A stretch of 64,000 bases of DNA from an uncultured Verrucomicrobiae bacterium (GTDB lineage: Bacteria; Chlamydiota; Chlamydiia; Chlamydiales; Rhabdochlamydiaceae), in assembly GCA_963806855.1 (NCBI GenBank), contig CAWDYW010000001.1, forward strand, positions 1,248,001 through 1,312,000. Reading direction: 5' to 3'. Made by a program: the position numbers and the translations under genes. Numbering within the stretch: position 1 is the stretch's first letter; every line of letters begins with the position of its first letter. Under the pieces are notes generated by a model, which saw only the letters and a list, made by a program, of their open reading frames with translations, had not been told where the DNA came from and ran no database searches. Shown piece after piece: positions 61,319-64,000 of the stretch.

Positions 61319-62606
61319 GAAATAAGCTGTATTCTCGAACGATCCTAGCTTTAAGGATTTCGATGATCAGCTGCGAAGTCCCCTCAAAACCTGCATCCAA
61401 CGCCCATTGGGGATAGTGCGTGTCGGGATTCCACTCCGATGCTCGCAGATGATCTTCAATGAGCTCTTGCTCTACAAATTCTGGACAATCTTCTTCGGTG
61501 AAATGGGGTGAGGCCTCTTGGAGGAGTTGTTCTTGAGCGCGGGCTTTTTCAACCCATTCTTCATATTGGTTATTCCATTTCAACTCGTTAAGAAAATATT
61601 TTATATGCTTCCAGGGGACTAATCTGCCTCCAAATAGGGAGCGGTGCAACTTGCGGCTCTTCGCTTTTTCTGCGATGAAATTCTTAAACTCTTCAGCCGT
61701 AAAATCATTGCGTAAAATCCATTCTTTTTCATCATCGAGACGATGGCGCAGTAAAAACCGCTCTTTCTCCTCCTTTATTTCCTCTTTATCGACTTCGATT
61801 TTAAGCATCGTCGCCAGAAACTCTGCGAGCCCTTGATTCAGAGCGTGGAATTGGATATCGGAAAATTGGGGATGATGCAGAGCTGCGTGATGGGCAATTT
61901 GTCTAAGTGGTTTTCTATCATAATTGTAGAGTGCCTCAAAATGGACCGTGGAAGTAAAAGGTTGTGGGCGTCCTTCTTCCTGCATCGATTTAACTTTTTC
62001 AAGTAAAAGCCGGGCATCGATTTTTTTCTGATCGATATAATGCTCTTGTAGAAGGGAAATAACCTCTTTTGGAAGTTCTTCGGCCAGCCTCTCAAATGAT
62101 CTCTCCGGATAGTCAATTGCGTGAATGAGATCAAGGGCCCTCTTGCAGGCGTCGGGTGTCATTTTTCCATGGACTTCAGCCCACTCCAGCGTACATCGGA
62201 GATTGACCATGGGCAAAGAAAGTGGAATATATCCCTCTTCTTTGGGCCCATGGATAAGAGCAACCTCGTCATCGTGGATGATGACCCCGCTACGGTAGAG
62301 CTCGAAGATTTTCCCAACCCCGATCATCCCATGGACGGCCGTCTCTGCAGCCCGCAGCGCTCCCATGCTGCTTGCCCCAAGAACGAGTATACCTTGGCTT
62401 AGGGCATAGAGAATTTCTTTATGCCAGACAGAAAGAGACTGTGAGAACAAACCATCAATTAGACCAATGATCTTGGGCTTATATTGGACCGCCGCACTTA
62501 AGAGATCCCCTTGCTTTGCCGGAGGAAAATAGCGGGCAGGCAAGATCTCCTCCGCCTCTTTCAAGGAAAGTGAGGGTCCCAAAAATATGATAACGTCTTC
62601 TCTCAT
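61278..62606 (-). CDS. tfuA: TfuA protein with C-terminal extension
   Basis: FLGPSL, PPAKQGDL, IDG, VWHKEIL, GASSMGALRAAE and DDEVA motifs. Confidence 0.93.
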   Translation of the reverse strand: MREDVIIFLGPSLSLKEAEEILPARYFPPAKQGDLLSAAVQYKPKIIGLIDGLFSQSLSVWHKEILYALSQGILVLGASSMGALRAAETAVHGMIGVGKIFELYRSGVIIHDDEVALIHGPKEEGYIPLSLPMVNLRCTLEWAEVHGKMTPDACKRALDLIHAIDYPERSFERLAEELPKEVISLLQEHYIDQKKIDARLLLEKVKSMQEEGRPQPFTSTVHFEALYNYDRKPLRQIAHHAALHHPQFSDIQFHALNQGLAEFLATMLKIEVDKEEIKEEKERFLLRHRLDDEKEWILRNDFTAEEFKNFIAEKAKSRKLHRSLFGGRLVPWKHIKYFLNELKWNNQYEEWVEKARAQEQLLQEASPHFTEEDCPEFVEQELIEDHLRASEWNPDTHYPQWALDAGFEGTSQLIIEILKARIVREYSLFQRKDAKAPRRKEN

Positions 62607-63886
62607 CCTAAGGATCCTGCAGGAAGATGAACCCCTTTTACCGGAGAGCGATCTTCTCCATTTTTGACCAGAGCTGCAAATTTTTTCGCTCGCTGCCCCG
62701 GAACATACATGTGAGAATAATACCCTTCCATTCCTGGAATGACAACGCGCACCACCGATACATCAAACTCCGGCCTACTTAAATCAAAGACAATCACCTG
62801 GGAGATCCCCACCTTTTTCAATTTGCCAAGTAAAAGGTGGATATCACCCTCTAGTGTTGGAGTCGTCACTGTTTGATAGGTCGTTGCATCTAGGATTGAA
62901 GGATCGTCTTCCAGCTCTTGTTTCGCAGTCATTGAATCCATTTTTTTAAAGTACTGAAAATCAGACTGGAACACATCATCGCGCGCTCCCGCAATCACGA
63001 CAGCCCTACCTTGGATCGCTTCTGTCAAAGCCCGGATCATGGCCACTTCAGCATCGAGGTGGGCTCCATATCCTCTTGTGATTCCTACATGTTGAAAATG
63101 CTTATCCCAAATCGTCGCCATGAAGGTAGGGACTTCAGTATCGACGGAGCAGTCGGATAAGGAGACCCCAATCCCTTTATCGGCAAGTTGCTTGAGAAGT
63201 TTTTGCACAGCGGGGAAAGCGATTGTCTCACTCCGAATGCGAGGGGAAGAAAAGGAAGAGGTTGCAGATGCAAAATGGTGGCATGAAGCGGCATCTCTTT
63301 CGATCACCTCATAAATCGCGGAAGAGATAGCCTCAAGCAAGTGATTTCCCGAGGCAAGGCCATTGGAATTGTGTTGGAACGACAGGGCGCTAGAAAGAAA
63401 ATTCAAAGAGACGCAGTGCAGCGGTGTAGCCACTTCGCGCTGCTGGAGCAAATCCCATCCCATTGACCATTTCTCGGGGAGCTCAGGATGAAAAAGAGAG
63501 CCTTTTCTGTAAGCAAGAAGGGATAGCGGAATGACATCAACTTCTTCTTTTAGTTGCTGATAGGAAAGCGTACAAAAAGGGATTTGGCATTCTTCTGCAC
63601 AGTACACTTCGAGTGCCTCCATCAGCCCTGAAACACGGGCAGAGGCCCAAGAAAGCCCTTTTCCCGATGACGTAACGAGTGTAGAAGAACCGGGCCTAAT
63701 GGCTGCCGTCACCGGAATGCCGATCCGATCGAGGCCTGCAATGTGGGCCATGCGGGTCACGCCGATCTGTGGCGCATAGCCAGCGATCTTATCCCAGGTA
63801 GCCTCTGGACTGTAGATCCGGTGGGTCCCTTCAAAGAACCCTTTCCTCGCTCGAAAGCTCTTTCCCCTAAAATTAATTGGTTCCAT
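62603..63886 (-). CDS. ycaO: YcaO family protein (TfuA-associated, thioamide-forming type)
   Basis: GIPV, GKG, MEALE, SNGLASGN, EVIERDA, ALTEAIQGR..IAGARDD and VVRVVIPGME motifs; ATGA overlap with tfuA. Confidence 0.93.
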   Translation of the reverse strand: MEPINFRGKSFRARKGFFEGTHRIYSPEATWDKIAGYAPQIGVTRMAHIAGLDRIGIPVTAAIRPGSSTLVTSSGKGLSWASARVSGLMEALEVYCAEECQIPFCTLSYQQLKEEVDVIPLSLLAYRKGSLFHPELPEKWSMGWDLLQQREVATPLHCVSLNFLSSALSFQHNSNGLASGNHLLEAISSAIYEVIERDAASCHHFASATSSFSSPRIRSETIAFPAVQKLLKQLADKGIGVSLSDCSVDTEVPTFMATIWDKHFQHVGITRGYGAHLDAEVAMIRALTEAIQGRAVVIAGARDDVFQSDFQYFKKMDSMTAKQELEDDPSILDATTYQTVTTPTLEGDIHLLLGKLKKVGISQVIVFDLSRPEFDVSVVRVVIPGMEGYYSHMYVPGQRAKKFAALVKNGEDRSPVKGVHLPAGSLG

Positions 63887-63938
63887 CCTACGAGATATAT
63901 ACTTGCATCTTTTTTTTTGATAGGACAAGATGGGCGTG

Positions 63939-64000
63939 ATGAAGAAAGTTCATGTCATTTATTATGCGCTGCTTCGGCAAGAAAGAGGGATGGCCGAAGA
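63939..64000 (+). CDS. MoaD/ThiS-like sulfur carrier protein (5' fragment only)
   Basis: Manual translation MKKVHVIYYALLRQERGMAE resembles the MoaD N-terminus (V.YFA.LRE..G..EE); alternative in-frame ATG at 63930; runs off the window. Confidence 0.6.
   Translation, partial: MKKVHVIYYALLRQERGMAE

Noticed and set aside
61278..63886. YcaO-TfuA as a methanogen McrA modification system
   Set aside because: The context is bacterial, no mcr genes are in the window, and the adjacent peptide exporter points to a RiPP.

Overview
This looks like a chromosomal segment of an environmental Chlamydiota (Simkania/Rhabdochlamydia/Parachlamydia-like). That is inferred from the chlamydial gene order waaA-leuS and smpB-dnaN-recF, a class I aldolase, and many effector-like ORFs. 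The backbone carries waaA, leuS, smpB, dnaN, recF, pgi, trmB, exbBD, mgtE, glmS, fbaB, rlmI, rimO, oppABCDF and four tRNAs. Accessory content: a small remnant island at tRNA-Met; tandem ankyrin genes; a signal-peptide-bearing TrxR-Trx fusion; a tnpB-only IS abutting the fbaB start; several palindromic MITE-like elements; and a ~7 kb AT-rich island between 177-bp direct repeats derived from a Tn3 miniature element. That island encodes a Schlafen/AlbA_2 protein, a frameshift-split SF2 helicase with HA repeats, and a Tad2/DUF2829-like protein. The strongest candidate novel system is at the right end: a YcaO-TfuA (thioamide-forming) pair convergent with a three-gene NHLP-type peptidase ABC exporter, plus the start of a divergent MoaD/ThiS-like sulfur carrier that the ORF track misses. 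Together these suggest a thioamitide RiPP cluster in a chlamydia. No precursor peptide is visible inside the window. All family calls come from motif recognition by eye, not database searches.
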